The notes beneath the pieces are model-generated. The model did not search any database. It was not told the origin of the DNA and saw only the letters and a list, made by a program, of their open reading frames with translations. A stretch of DNA of 32,000 bases from the NCBI RefSeq assembly GCF_000621645.1, contig NZ_JHXR01000011.1, positions 120,001 to 152,000 on the forward strand. Direction: 5' to 3'. Position numbers and translations under genes: made by a program. Positions 17,604 through 26,027 of the stretch are shown piece after piece. Each line of letters starts with the position of its first letter. The first letter of the stretch is position 1. Source of the DNA: Vibrio cholerae ATCC 14035. Its GTDB lineage: Bacteria > Pseudomonadota > Gammaproteobacteria > Enterobacterales > Vibrionaceae.

Positions 17604-17636
17604 AAAGGCTAGCGTAGTACGCTAGCCTTTTTAGTT
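17604..17636. terminator. Bidirectional Rho-independent terminator between convergent xds and rimO
   Basis: AAAGGCTAGCG (17604-17614) pairs with CGCTAGCCTTT (17620-17630) across a 5-nt loop. The stem itself opens with an A run (AAA, 17604-17606) and a T run (TTTTT, 17628-17632) spans its closing arm, so it can terminate in both directions. Confidence 0.8.
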
Positions 17637-17657
17637 TCTTACGTTGGTGGTGTGAAC

Positions 17658-19070
17658 TTACTGCGCGTCGTGCAGTACGCTGCCCCATAGGTCGTATTCA
17701 TCGGCGTGTTCAATCACAACGTTAACCAGCTCACCCGGTTTCAGGTTGGTTTCACCGTTGAGGTAAACCAAGCCATCAATTTCCGGTGCATCGGCGTAAG
17801 TACGGCCAATCGCGCCTTCATCATCGACTTCATCAATCAGCACTTGCATGGTGCTGCCGATGCGTTTTTGCAGTTTGGCAGCACTGATCTCTTGCTGCAC
17901 GAGCATAAAGCGCTCGAAACGGTCTTGTTTCACGTCTTCTGGGATTTGATCTTCAATCTCGTTCGCTGCAGCGCCTTCAACGGGCGAATACTTAAAGCAG
18001 CCCACGCGATCGAGTTGTGCTTCTTTCAGCCAATCGAGTAGGATTTGGAAATCTTCTTCAGTTTCGCCCGGGAAGCCCACAATAAAGGTGGAGCGGATCA
18101 CGAGCTCTGGGCAGATTTCACGCCATTTTTTGATGCGCTCTAAAGTGCGCTCCGCTTGCCCCGGACGCTTCATCATTTTCAGAACACGAGGGCTGGCGTG
18201 TTGGAATGGAATATCCAAGTAAGGCAGCACTTTTCCTTCTGCCATCAATGGGATGATTTCATCCACATGTGGGTAAGGGTAAACGTAGTGCAGACGAACC
18301 CAAATGCCCATTTTGCCAAGCTCTTCACTGAGCGCTTTGATGTTGTGGCGCACCGGTGAGCCGTTGGCAAAACCTAGGCTGTGTTTGGTATCCACACCGT
18401 AAGCACTGGTGTCTTGGCTGATTACGAGCAGCTCTTTTACGCCCGCATTTTTCAGGCGTTCCGCTTCACCAATAATTTCACCCACTGGGCGGCTTACCAA
18501 ATCCCCACGCATTGAAGGGATGATGCAGAAAGTACAACGGTGGTTACAACCTTCAGAAATTTTCAGGTAAGCGTAATGCTTTGGCGTCAGTTTCACCCCG
18601 TGATCCGGCACTAAGCTGGTAAACGGGTTGTGGGCTGGCTTTGGCGCGTATTGGTGTACGTGCTCCAATACGTTTTGGTAAGCGTGTGGGCCTGTAATAC
18701 CGAGCACATTGGGGTGTACTTGGCGAATTTCATCTTCACGCGCGCCGAGGCAGCCCGTCACAATCACTTTGCCGTTCTCTTTCAGCGCTTCGCCAATGGT
18801 ATCCAGAGACTCTTGCACCGCACTGTCGATAAAACCACAGGTGTTAACGATCACCACATCGGAGTCGTGGTAGCTGTTGACGATCTCATACCCCTCAGTG
18901 CGTAGTTGGGTCAGAATGCGTTCTGAATCCACTAAGTTTTTTGGGCAACCTAAGGAAACAAAGCCAATTTTATTGCCTGTGGTTTGGCTATTTTGGCTTT
19001 GCTCGGCGATGGTTTTTTTCGCCGTTTCCAGTGTCGTGGTTTGATTTGGCGTAAAAGTCTGAACTGTCAT
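17658..19070 (-). CDS. rimO: Ribosomal protein S12 (D88) methylthiotransferase RimO (radical SAM)
   Basis: 470 aa. N-terminal UPF0004 cysteines ([12 protein letters not shown] ... NTCGF ... GCL), radical-SAM CNHRCTFC, and a C-terminal TRAM-like region. Confidence 0.93.
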   Translation of the reverse strand: MTVQTFTPNQTTTLETAKKTIAEQSQNSQTTGNKIGFVSLGCPKNLVDSERILTQLRTEGYEIVNSYHDSDVVIVNTCGFIDSAVQESLDTIGEALKENGKVIVTGCLGAREDEIRQVHPNVLGITGPHAYQNVLEHVHQYAPKPAHNPFTSLVPDHGVKLTPKHYAYLKISEGCNHRCTFCIIPSMRGDLVSRPVGEIIGEAERLKNAGVKELLVISQDTSAYGVDTKHSLGFANGSPVRHNIKALSEELGKMGIWVRLHYVYPYPHVDEIIPLMAEGKVLPYLDIPFQHASPRVLKMMKRPGQAERTLERIKKWREICPELVIRSTFIVGFPGETEEDFQILLDWLKEAQLDRVGCFKYSPVEGAAANEIEDQIPEDVKQDRFERFMLVQQEISAAKLQKRIGSTMQVLIDEVDDEGAIGRTYADAPEIDGLVYLNGETNLKPGELVNVVIEHADEYDLWGSVLHDAQ

Positions 19071-19323
19071 TGCTCTGTGTGCTACCTGATAATTATCGAA
19101 TCACCGTCCTTATCGCTTCTGTGCAGAGCGTGGCTAGGGGACGGGTATAAAAGTCGGCGAATTATAACTGAGCTTAGGAAATTGAATAGGGGAGAGAAAG
19201 GAAAATTGCGCAAAAAATGCGCGCAAACGTCTGCTCAAGTCGGTTAACTTTGCTTAATGCTTGCCTTTAGAGTGGAGTGCTGCACAATAACGCGCACTTT
19301 ATTTCCATCCCAAGGTCGTATGC

Positions 19324-19905
19324 ATGCTACTGATGATCGATAACTACGATTCGTTTACTTACAACCTGTACCAATACTTTTGTGAGTTAGGGGCGCAGGT
19401 CAAAGTGGTACGTAATGATGAGATCGATCTGGATGGCATCCGCGCGCTGGCACCAACACATTTGGTGATTTCTCCGGGACCATGCACGCCTAATGAAGCG
19501 GGGATCTCGCTCGCGGCGATTGAAGCGTTTGCAGGCCAACTGCCCATCCTTGGCGTTTGTTTAGGGCATCAAGCGATTGCGCAAGCGTTTGGTGGGCAAG
19601 TGGTACGCGCTCGTCAGGTCATGCATGGCAAAACCTCACCCATTCGTCATAAGGGACAAGGCTTATTTAGCGGATTGAATAACCCGCTAACGGTGACGCG
19701 TTACCATTCCTTGGTGGTGAAAAATGACACTCTGCCCGAGTGCTTTGAGTTAACCGCATGGACTGAGCTTATTGATGGCCGCATTGACGAAATCATGGGT
19801 TTTCAACATAAAACCCTAGCCCTTGAAGCGGTGCAGTTTCACCCTGAGTCGATAAAGACAGAACAAGGCCATCAATTGTTGGCGAATTTTTTAAACCGCA
19901 CCTAA
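19324..19905 (+). CDS. pabA: Aminodeoxychorismate synthase component II (glutamine amidotransferase)
   Basis: 193 aa. [19 protein letters not shown], nucleophile elbow GVCLGHQAI, and HPES. The pabA-argD adjacency is the same as I recall for E. coli. Confidence 0.9.
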   Translation: MLLMIDNYDSFTYNLYQYFCELGAQVKVVRNDEIDLDGIRALAPTHLVISPGPCTPNEAGISLAAIEAFAGQLPILGVCLGHQAIAQAFGGQVVRARQVMHGKTSPIRHKGQGLFSGLNNPLTVTRYHSLVVKNDTLPECFELTAWTELIDGRIDEIMGFQHKTLALEAVQFHPESIKTEQGHQLLANFLNRT

Positions 19906-19932
19906 TCCCAAAAACGATGCGTAACCAGTGCC

Positions 19933-19960
19933 GATCGTACTGACTGCGATCACTTTTTTT
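19933..19960 (+). terminator. Weak terminator candidate after pabA
   Basis: GATCG (19933-19937) pairs with CGATC (19947-19951), followed by AC and then T7. The stem is only 5 bp. Confidence 0.35.
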
Positions 19961-20302
19961 GCTTTCTATCAAAGATTTATCCGCAAGCTATCATTTTTCA
20001 AGCTTATTCATAGAGGATTGTGCTACCCGCGACATGCCTTGATTTTGCTGCCTCTTTGCTTCATTTCCTATCGCCTCATAAAAATCACTTCATAAATAAT
20101 CTTTTTTATTGCATAAATAGTCGTTCGTGGTGTGGGGTTTATCTCACTTGCCTGTGCATACGAGATCTTTCACCATTGAAATAGTTAAATAAATGTAAAT
20201 ACAATGCTGCAAATGCTTTAAGGAAATACATAATCTAACACAGAGCCATTTTGTGGAAGAATCGCTTATCTCTGAGCATGCGGTATCGAGAGGGAATGGG
20301 TA

Positions 20303-21514
20303 ATGACGGTGGAAATGAGTGTAGATCGGAGTTCTTTTGATGAGGTGATGGTGCCTTGTTACAACCCGATGGAGTTTATCCCAGTAAAAGGTTTTGGTTC
20401 ACGGATTTGGGATCAGCAGGGTCATGAGTACATTGACTTCGCTGGCGGGATTGCGGTGAGTTGTCTAGGGCATTGCCACCCAGTGATGGTGCAAGCCTTG
20501 ACCACCCAAGCCAATAAGCTGTGGCATTTAAGTAACGTAATGACCAATGAGCCAGCGTTGCGCTTGGCGAAAAAACTGACTCAAGTGAGTTTTGCCGAAA
20601 AGGTCTTTTTTGCCAACTCCGGCGCGGAAGCCAACGAAGCAGCACTCAAACTGGCGCGTCGTTATGCGGCCGATGTGTATGGTCCTGAGAAATCCGAGAT
20701 TATTGCCTTTAACCAAGGTTTCCACGGTCGTACTTTCTTTACCGTATCGGTCGGTGGTCAAGCGACCTATTCGGATGGTTTTGGCCCTAAACCGGGTGAT
20801 ATTGTTCATTTGCCTTATAACGATTTGGCTGCACTGCAAGCGCAGATCTCCGATCGCACTTGTGCTGTGATGATGGAGCCGCTGCAAGGTGAAGGTGGCA
20901 TTGTTTCTCCGAGTGCTGAATTTGTGCAAGCGGTGCGCGAGTTGTGTGACAAACACAATGCACTACTGATTTTCGATGAAGTGCAGACGGGTAACGGCCG
21001 TACCGGTGATTTCTATGCCTACCAAGGGATTGGTGTGACGCCAGATATTCTGGCGACCGCAAAATCTCTCGGTGGCGGTTTCCCAATCGGTGCCATGCTG
21101 ACCACGGCGAAAATTGCTGAGCACATGAAAGTGGGCGTACACGGTTCGACTTATGGCGGTAACCCATTAGCGTGTGCCGTAGCGGAAGCGGTAGTGGATT
21201 TCGTCGCGCAACCAGAAATACTGGCTGGTGTGAAACAGCGTGAGCAGTGGATGCGCGCTGAGCTAGAGAAAATCAATCAGAAATATCAATTGTTTAAAGA
21301 GATCCGCGGTAAAGGTTTGCTACTTGGTGCGGCACTCAACGATGAATGGCAAGGCCGTGCGCGTGACATTCTGGTCGCTGCGGGTAAGCAAGGCTTGATG
21401 GTGTTGGTGGCCGGGGCGAGCGTGGTTCGCTTTACGCCATCTCTCATCATCAGCCAACAAGAAATCGAAGAAGGTATGGCTCGCTTAGACAAAGCGATCG
21501 CCACACTGATGTGA
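20303..21514 (+). CDS. argD: Acetylornithine / succinylornithine aminotransferase (class III PLP enzyme, likely bifunctional ArgD/AstC)
   Basis: 403 aa. GFHGRT, DEVQTG, and the PLP-lysine region [12 protein letters not shown]. It sits at the argD-syntenic position after pabA but is followed by astA-astD. GAGGGA lies 8 nt upstream of the ATG. Confidence 0.92.
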   Translation: MTVEMSVDRSSFDEVMVPCYNPMEFIPVKGFGSRIWDQQGHEYIDFAGGIAVSCLGHCHPVMVQALTTQANKLWHLSNVMTNEPALRLAKKLTQVSFAEKVFFANSGAEANEAALKLARRYAADVYGPEKSEIIAFNQGFHGRTFFTVSVGGQATYSDGFGPKPGDIVHLPYNDLAALQAQISDRTCAVMMEPLQGEGGIVSPSAEFVQAVRELCDKHNALLIFDEVQTGNGRTGDFYAYQGIGVTPDILATAKSLGGGFPIGAMLTTAKIAEHMKVGVHGSTYGGNPLACAVAEAVVDFVAQPEILAGVKQREQWMRAELEKINQKYQLFKEIRGKGLLLGAALNDEWQGRARDILVAAGKQGLMVLVAGASVVRFTPSLIISQQEIEEGMARLDKAIATLM

Positions 21515-21614
21515 TAGCGAAGGGTTTGCATCGCAAGCCCTGATTGACGAACCTCGGAGGTTCGACGCTATCGCAAACTGCAGGATGACGTGAGGGGCGA
21601 AAGGTTCTCGCCCC
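21513..21614 (+). promoter_or_regulatory. Structured intercistronic RNA element (three hairpins, two of them enclosed by a 7-bp outer stem) between argD/astC and astA
   Basis: The outer stem GATAGCG (21513-21519) pairs with CGCTATC (21566-21572). It encloses hairpin 1, AGGGTTTGC (21521-29) with GCAAGCCCT (21533-41). It also encloses hairpin 2, CGAACCT (21548-54) with AGGTTCG (21558-64). Hairpin 3 is separate: GGGGCGA (21594-21600) with TCGCCCC (21608-14). No U-tract follows any of them. Confidence 0.4.
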
Positions 21615-21653
21615 GTGTACAATGCAGAGATTACGCATCGGGAGGGAGTAAAG

Positions 21654-22673
21654 ATGCTAGTTGTTCGTCCGATTAGCATGGCCGACTATGAGGCGCTACA
21701 TACCTGCGCTGTCGAGTCCGGCCATGGCTTCACATCATTACCAGTAGATCAAGAGCTACTGACTAATCGTATTACCCACTCAGAATACAGCTTCAGCAAA
21801 CCGAACGTCACAATGCCTGGTGATGAAGGCTATTTGATGGTGGGTGTGGATACTGAAACTGGGCAAGTGGCCGGAACCACGGGCATTGAAGCCTCGATTG
21901 GCTGGGATGTGCCGTTTTATTCTTATCACATCAGCACCATAGTTCACTCTTCGCCTAAATTGGGCGTCAATAATGTAGTGAAGTTGCTGACGTTTGGTAA
22001 CAACTACACCGGATGCAGTGAAATCTGCACTCTGTTTTTGCGCCCACAGTATCGCCAAGGCTTAAATGGTCGTTTGATGTCGAAATGCCGTTTTTTGATG
22101 ATGGCGGAACACTCACACCGTTTTTCCAAAACCATTTTTGCTGAGATGCGCGGCGTTTCCGATGCCGATGGCAATTCACCATTTTGGAAGTGGCTACAAG
22201 AGCACTTTTTCTCGATTGATTTCACTTTGGCCGATTATCTGACTGGAATTGGCAAAAAAGGCTTTATCGCTGACTTGATGCCCAAACTGCCAATTTACGT
22301 CAACTTGCTGAGCAAAGAAGCGCAAGCGGTGATTGGTCAGGTGCATGAAAACACGCGACCTGCCTTGGTATTGCTTGAGAAAGAGGGTTTCACCTGTCGC
22401 AATTACGTCGACATTTTTGATGCGGGCCCAACCGTGGAATGTGAGCTGAACAATATCGAATCGGTGCGCCACTCAGTACGCGCCATTGTTGAAGTGGCAG
22501 AACATTCGAGCTCGCAGAATTTCATTATGTGTAACACCTCGTTTGAGAACTTCCGGGCTACGGCGGCCAAAGCCGCATACAGCCAAGAAGATAACGCGGT
22601 GATCATCTCCCCCAAAGTGGCCGCGGCGTTAGAAGTGAGCACGGGGGATTATTTACGGATTTTGGCGCAGTAG
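21654..22673 (+). CDS. astA: Arginine N-succinyltransferase
   Basis: MLVVRPISMADYEAL... is collinear with E. coli AstA as I recall it (CTLFL, AEMRGV, SPFW, LMPK.PIY, VIGQVH, LEKEGF, DIFD.GPT.EC blocks). GGGAGGGA lies upstream of ATG 21654. The track start 21615 is a GTG inside hairpin 3's flank. Confidence 0.9.
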   Translation: MLVVRPISMADYEALHTCAVESGHGFTSLPVDQELLTNRITHSEYSFSKPNVTMPGDEGYLMVGVDTETGQVAGTTGIEASIGWDVPFYSYHISTIVHSSPKLGVNNVVKLLTFGNNYTGCSEICTLFLRPQYRQGLNGRLMSKCRFLMMAEHSHRFSKTIFAEMRGVSDADGNSPFWKWLQEHFFSIDFTLADYLTGIGKKGFIADLMPKLPIYVNLLSKEAQAVIGQVHENTRPALVLLEKEGFTCRNYVDIFDAGPTVECELNNIESVRHSVRAIVEVAEHSSSQNFIMCNTSFENFRATAAKAAYSQEDNAVIISPKVAAALEVSTGDYLRILAQ

Positions 22674-22682
22674 GGGATAGCC

Positions 22683-24140
22683 ATGACACATTGGATAGCC
22701 GGTGAATGGGTTGCGGGAACCGGTGAAAAGCTGGAATCACATACGCCTTATAGCCATGAGCTTTTATGGCAAGGTTACAGCGCTAGTGGCGAGCAAGTCG
22801 ACGCGGCGGTGAAGGCCGCTCGCCGCGCTTTTCTCGACTGGAAAAAACGCCCATTTGCTGAGCGTGAACAGAAGGTGTTGGCCTTTGCGGAATTGGTGAA
22901 AGCCAACAGCGAACAGATTGCGCAAGTGATTGCTAAAGAGACGGGCAAGCCTTTGTGGGAAACGCGCACGGAAGCGGCGTCGATCGCCGGAAAAATCGCA
23001 ATTTCGATTCGTGCTTATCATGAGCGTACCGGTGAAACCGTGCGTGAAGCGGCGGGTAATCAGCTGGTATTGCGCCATCGGCCGCTGGGCGTGATGGCGG
23101 TGTTTGGGCCGTATAACTTCCCCGGCCACTTGCCCAATGGGCATATTGTGCCAGCTCTGCTCGCGGGCAATACCGTGGTTTTCAAACCTTCCGAACAAAC
23201 GCCGTGGACTGGCGAAGTTTTGATGCAGTTATGGCAACAGGCTGGCTTGCCTGCTGGTGTCATCAATCTGGTTCAAGGCTCAAAAGAGACGGGGATTGCG
23301 CTCGCGCAATCCCGCGGGATTGATGGTTTGCTGTTTACGGGGAGTGCCAATACTGGGCATCTGCTGCATCGCCAATTTGCAGGTCAGCCGGACAAAATGC
23401 TGGCGCTGGAAATGGGCGGCAATAACCCTATGGTGATTTCAGAGCACTATGGCGATCTGGATGCCACGGTTTACACCATTATTCAATCGGCGTTTATCAG
23501 CAGTGGTCAACGCTGCACCTGTGTGCGTCGCTTGTATGTGCCACAAGGGACGAAAGGCGATGCACTGCTCGATAAACTGGTTTCCGTAACGGCCAAGCTG
23601 CGTATTGATCAGCCCTTTGCTGAACCCGCACCCTTTATGGGGCCGTTAGTTTCTGAAGCGGCAGCACAAGCGATCCTCAAGGCGCAAGCAGATCTACAAG
23701 CGCTAGGTGGAAAAAGTCTACTTGAAGCTCGCGCCTTGCATGCGGCGTTTATCACTCCGGCCATCATAGATGTGACGGCGATTGAGCGCTTACCGGATGA
23801 TGAGTATTTCGGGCCTTTGCTGCAAGTGGTGCGTTACCAGACTTTGGCGCAAGCGGTAGAGCTTGCCAATGATACCCGCTTTGGCTTATCCGCTGGGCTT
23901 GTCTCGACGGATGATGGCGAGTGGGATTATTTTGTCGAACATATTCGTGCGGGTATCGTCAATCGTAACCGCCAATTAACCGGAGCCAGTGGAGATGCGC
24001 CATTTGGTGGCCCAGGAGCATCGGGCAACTTACGCCCCAGTGCCTTCTATGCCGCCGACTATTGCGCTTATCCGATGGCCTCAATGGAAGGGGATACAAC
24101 GCTGCTTCCTGCTACCTTGAGCCCGGGTGTTGAACTCTAA
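22683..24140 (+). CDS. astD: Succinylglutamate-semialdehyde dehydrogenase (aldehyde dehydrogenase family)
   Basis: 485 aa. ALDH motifs [13 protein letters not shown] and catalytic Cys in GQRCTC. It starts 9 nt after the astA stop. Confidence 0.9.
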   Translation: MTHWIAGEWVAGTGEKLESHTPYSHELLWQGYSASGEQVDAAVKAARRAFLDWKKRPFAEREQKVLAFAELVKANSEQIAQVIAKETGKPLWETRTEAASIAGKIAISIRAYHERTGETVREAAGNQLVLRHRPLGVMAVFGPYNFPGHLPNGHIVPALLAGNTVVFKPSEQTPWTGEVLMQLWQQAGLPAGVINLVQGSKETGIALAQSRGIDGLLFTGSANTGHLLHRQFAGQPDKMLALEMGGNNPMVISEHYGDLDATVYTIIQSAFISSGQRCTCVRRLYVPQGTKGDALLDKLVSVTAKLRIDQPFAEPAPFMGPLVSEAAAQAILKAQADLQALGGKSLLEARALHAAFITPAIIDVTAIERLPDDEYFGPLLQVVRYQTLAQAVELANDTRFGLSAGLVSTDDGEWDYFVEHIRAGIVNRNRQLTGASGDAPFGGPGASGNLRPSAFYAADYCAYPMASMEGDTTLLPATLSPGVEL

Positions 24141-24154
24141 TCATAATTTATTTT

Positions 24155-24185
24155 GTGCCTGCGCAGCCAAGTAGGCACTTTTTTC
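24155..24185 (+). terminator. Terminator candidate after astD
   Basis: GTGCCT (24155-60) pairs with AGGCAC (24173-78) across a 12-nt loop, followed by TTTTTT (24179-84). Confidence 0.6.
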
Positions 24186-24282
24186 GTCACAGGTTGAAAG
24201 CTTTATCGTGTTAGCGCTGGGTAAATTACACGGCGTTTAACCTTAATCCCTTTGCGTTTCTTAGGATCAACAAGGAGGCGTT

Positions 24283-25074
24283 ATGACGCCAACAGCTTTA
24301 TTCCAATCGCTCTGGAATGATTATATTGAGCGCCTCTGCCCATCGGCAGACAGAGTGCATCAACTCCTACAAGAAGATGAGCCGCTGATTAATGACCATA
24401 TTGCGCTGCGCACATTTAATTTGGCGCCACTGGGGTTAGAGACGCTGGCTAAACCGTTTCTGGCACTCGGCTACCAAGCGTGTGGTGAGTATGAGTTCAA
24501 AAGTAAAAAACTCTTTGCTAAGCATTTTGAACATCCCGATCCTTTGCAGCCTAAGGTTTTCATTAGTGAGCTGAAAGTGGAAGAGTGTTCACCTGAGCTG
24601 CAAGCGATTGTTGAAAAGCTGGTGGCACAAGTTCAGCCACAAGCATTAGCCAGTGAGGCTTTTTTGTATGGCGGTCGCTTATGGAGCTTAAGCCATGCCG
24701 ACTATCTTACTTTGGCGAAAGAGAGTGAGTATGCCGCTTGGCTTGCGGCGCATGGTTATGGTGCAAACCACTTTACAGTCAGCGTGAATCAGCTCAATGC
24801 GCTGCATGAAGTGAAACAGGTCAATGACCATCTGCGCCAACATGGCTTTAGCATCAATGAATCGGGTGGGGAAGTAAAAGGCTCACCAGAAGTCTTGCTC
24901 GAACAGTCTTCAACCATGGCTGATAAAGTGTTAGTGCGTTTTAACGAAGGCGCGGAGATGATCCCCGGTGGCTTTTATGAGTTTGCCAAACGCTACCCTA
25001 TGGCCAATGGTCAGCTCTATCCCGGATTTGTCGAAGCTTCGGCGGATAAGATTTTTGAAAGCACGAACCGTTAA
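24283..25074 (+). CDS. Short DUF1338-family protein (VOC-fold, putative Fe(II)-dependent 2-oxoacid-converting enzyme related to HglS/YdcJ); substrate unknown
   Basis: 263 aa. The blocks NDHIALRTF (His...Arg), GANHFTVSV and GGFYEFAKRY (Glu) match the conserved DUF1338 metal/substrate motifs as I remember them. AAGGAGG RBS. It has its own flanking terminators. Confidence 0.75.
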   Translation: MTPTALFQSLWNDYIERLCPSADRVHQLLQEDEPLINDHIALRTFNLAPLGLETLAKPFLALGYQACGEYEFKSKKLFAKHFEHPDPLQPKVFISELKVEECSPELQAIVEKLVAQVQPQALASEAFLYGGRLWSLSHADYLTLAKESEYAAWLAAHGYGANHFTVSVNQLNALHEVKQVNDHLRQHGFSINESGGEVKGSPEVLLEQSSTMADKVLVRFNEGAEMIPGGFYEFAKRYPMANGQLYPGFVEASADKIFESTNR

Positions 25075-25094
25075 ATCTAACGCATCATACAAAT

Positions 25095-25126
25095 AAAAAT
25101 AGCCACCGCAGGGTGGCTATTTTTTA
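25095..25126. terminator. Bidirectional Rho-independent terminator between the convergent DUF1338 gene and crp
   Basis: ATAGCCACC (25099-25107) pairs with GGTGGCTAT (25112-25120) across a 4-nt loop. An A run precedes it and TTTTT follows. Confidence 0.85.
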
Positions 25127-25152
25127 TAACACGAGACGGGTTATCGGGGCAC

Positions 25153-25785
25153 TTAGCGAGTGCCGTAAACCACGATGGTTTTACCGTGGGCAGAGATCAG
25201 GTTCTGCTCTTCCAGCATCTTGAGGATGCGGCCAACGGTTTCGCGAGAACAGCCAACAATTTGACCGATCTCTTGGCGAGTGATCTTGATTTGCATACCG
25301 TCAGGGTGAGTCATCGCATCTGGCTGACGTGCAAGATTCAGCAGAGTCTGTGCGATACGGCCAGTTACGTCTAGGAACGCAAGGTCGCCAACTTTCTGGC
25401 TGGTCATTTGCAGACGACGAGCCATTTGACCTGAAAGGCGCATCAAAATGTCTGGGTTAACTTGGATTAACTGACGGAATTTCTTAAATGAGATTTCAGC
25501 CACTTCACACGGTGTTTTGGCACGAACCCAAGCGGTACGCTCTTGACCTTCTTCAAACAGGCCGAGTTCACCGATGAAATCACCTTGGTTCAGGTAAGAG
25601 AGAATCATCTCTTTACCTTCTTCATCTTTGATCAGTACCGCAACTGAACCTTTTACGATGTAGTACAGCGTTTCCGCCTTCTCACCCGCGTGGATCAGCG
25701 TGCTTTTTGATGGGTACTTATGAATGTGACAATGTGAAAGAAACCACTCTAGTGTTGGATCGGTTTGAGGTTTACCTAGAACCAT
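25153..25785 (-). CDS. crp: cAMP receptor protein CRP
   Basis: 210 aa, nearly identical in sequence pattern to E. coli CRP ([32 protein letters not shown]...[12 protein letters not shown]...[10 protein letters not shown]). Confidence 0.98.
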   Translation of the reverse strand: MVLGKPQTDPTLEWFLSHCHIHKYPSKSTLIHAGEKAETLYYIVKGSVAVLIKDEEGKEMILSYLNQGDFIGELGLFEEGQERTAWVRAKTPCEVAEISFKKFRQLIQVNPDILMRLSGQMARRLQMTSQKVGDLAFLDVTGRIAQTLLNLARQPDAMTHPDGMQIKITRQEIGQIVGCSRETVGRILKMLEEQNLISAHGKTIVVYGTR

Positions 25786-25978
25786 AATAATCTCACTTCC
25801 TCTGCAGGGTACGCTTGCCGCTATCCATATTTTAGCGAAGCCTCAATTGGGCTTACTAGAATAAGAGGAGTTACCCAAGGCTGCAAGCTATCTTGTGTTT
25901 CGGTTAAGAATAGTATCCTTTTTCGAAATCGATTTCTTGATTTTAATCGTGTCAGTAGTCCGATTTGCTACGCAAAAC

Positions 25979-25994
25979 TGTGCACATGATCACG
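25979..25994. promoter_or_regulatory. CRP-box-like palindrome upstream of crp (candidate autoregulatory site)
   Basis: TGTGC-ACATGA-TCACG versus the consensus TGTGA-N6-TCACA (8/10 core matches, both critical G/C pairs kept). It lies 194-209 bp upstream of the crp start codon and about 35 bp downstream of the prkB stop. Confidence 0.35.
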
Positions 25995-26027
25995 GTATGA
26001 AAAGTAAGCATTCATCACTGGTCGGAT

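Noticed and set aside
19981-20302. ARG boxes or a sigma54 promoter upstream of argD/astC
   Set aside because: Only isolated ATTCA/TGAAA-type half-sites occur. No 18-bp TGAAT-N4-ATTCA palindrome has fewer than about 3-4 core mismatches. No GG-N10-GC pair occurs on the + strand.
20278-20337. 19-codon upstream ORF ([20 protein letters not shown]) overlapping the argD start as a leader peptide
   Set aside because: It has no Shine-Dalgarno sequence and no enrichment of Arg codons suggestive of attenuation. It overlaps the well-supported RBS and start of argD in another frame.
2448-25785. Idea that pilMNOPQ (DNA-uptake pilus machine), dam, xds (eDNA nuclease) and crp (competence regulator) form a 'competence island'
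   Set aside because: The genes are separated by unrelated housekeeping operons (aro, rpe, gph, trpS, rimO, pabA, ast). The pil-aro-dam and crp-prkB linkages are also found in non-competent enterobacteria. The co-location is best explained by ancestral synteny.
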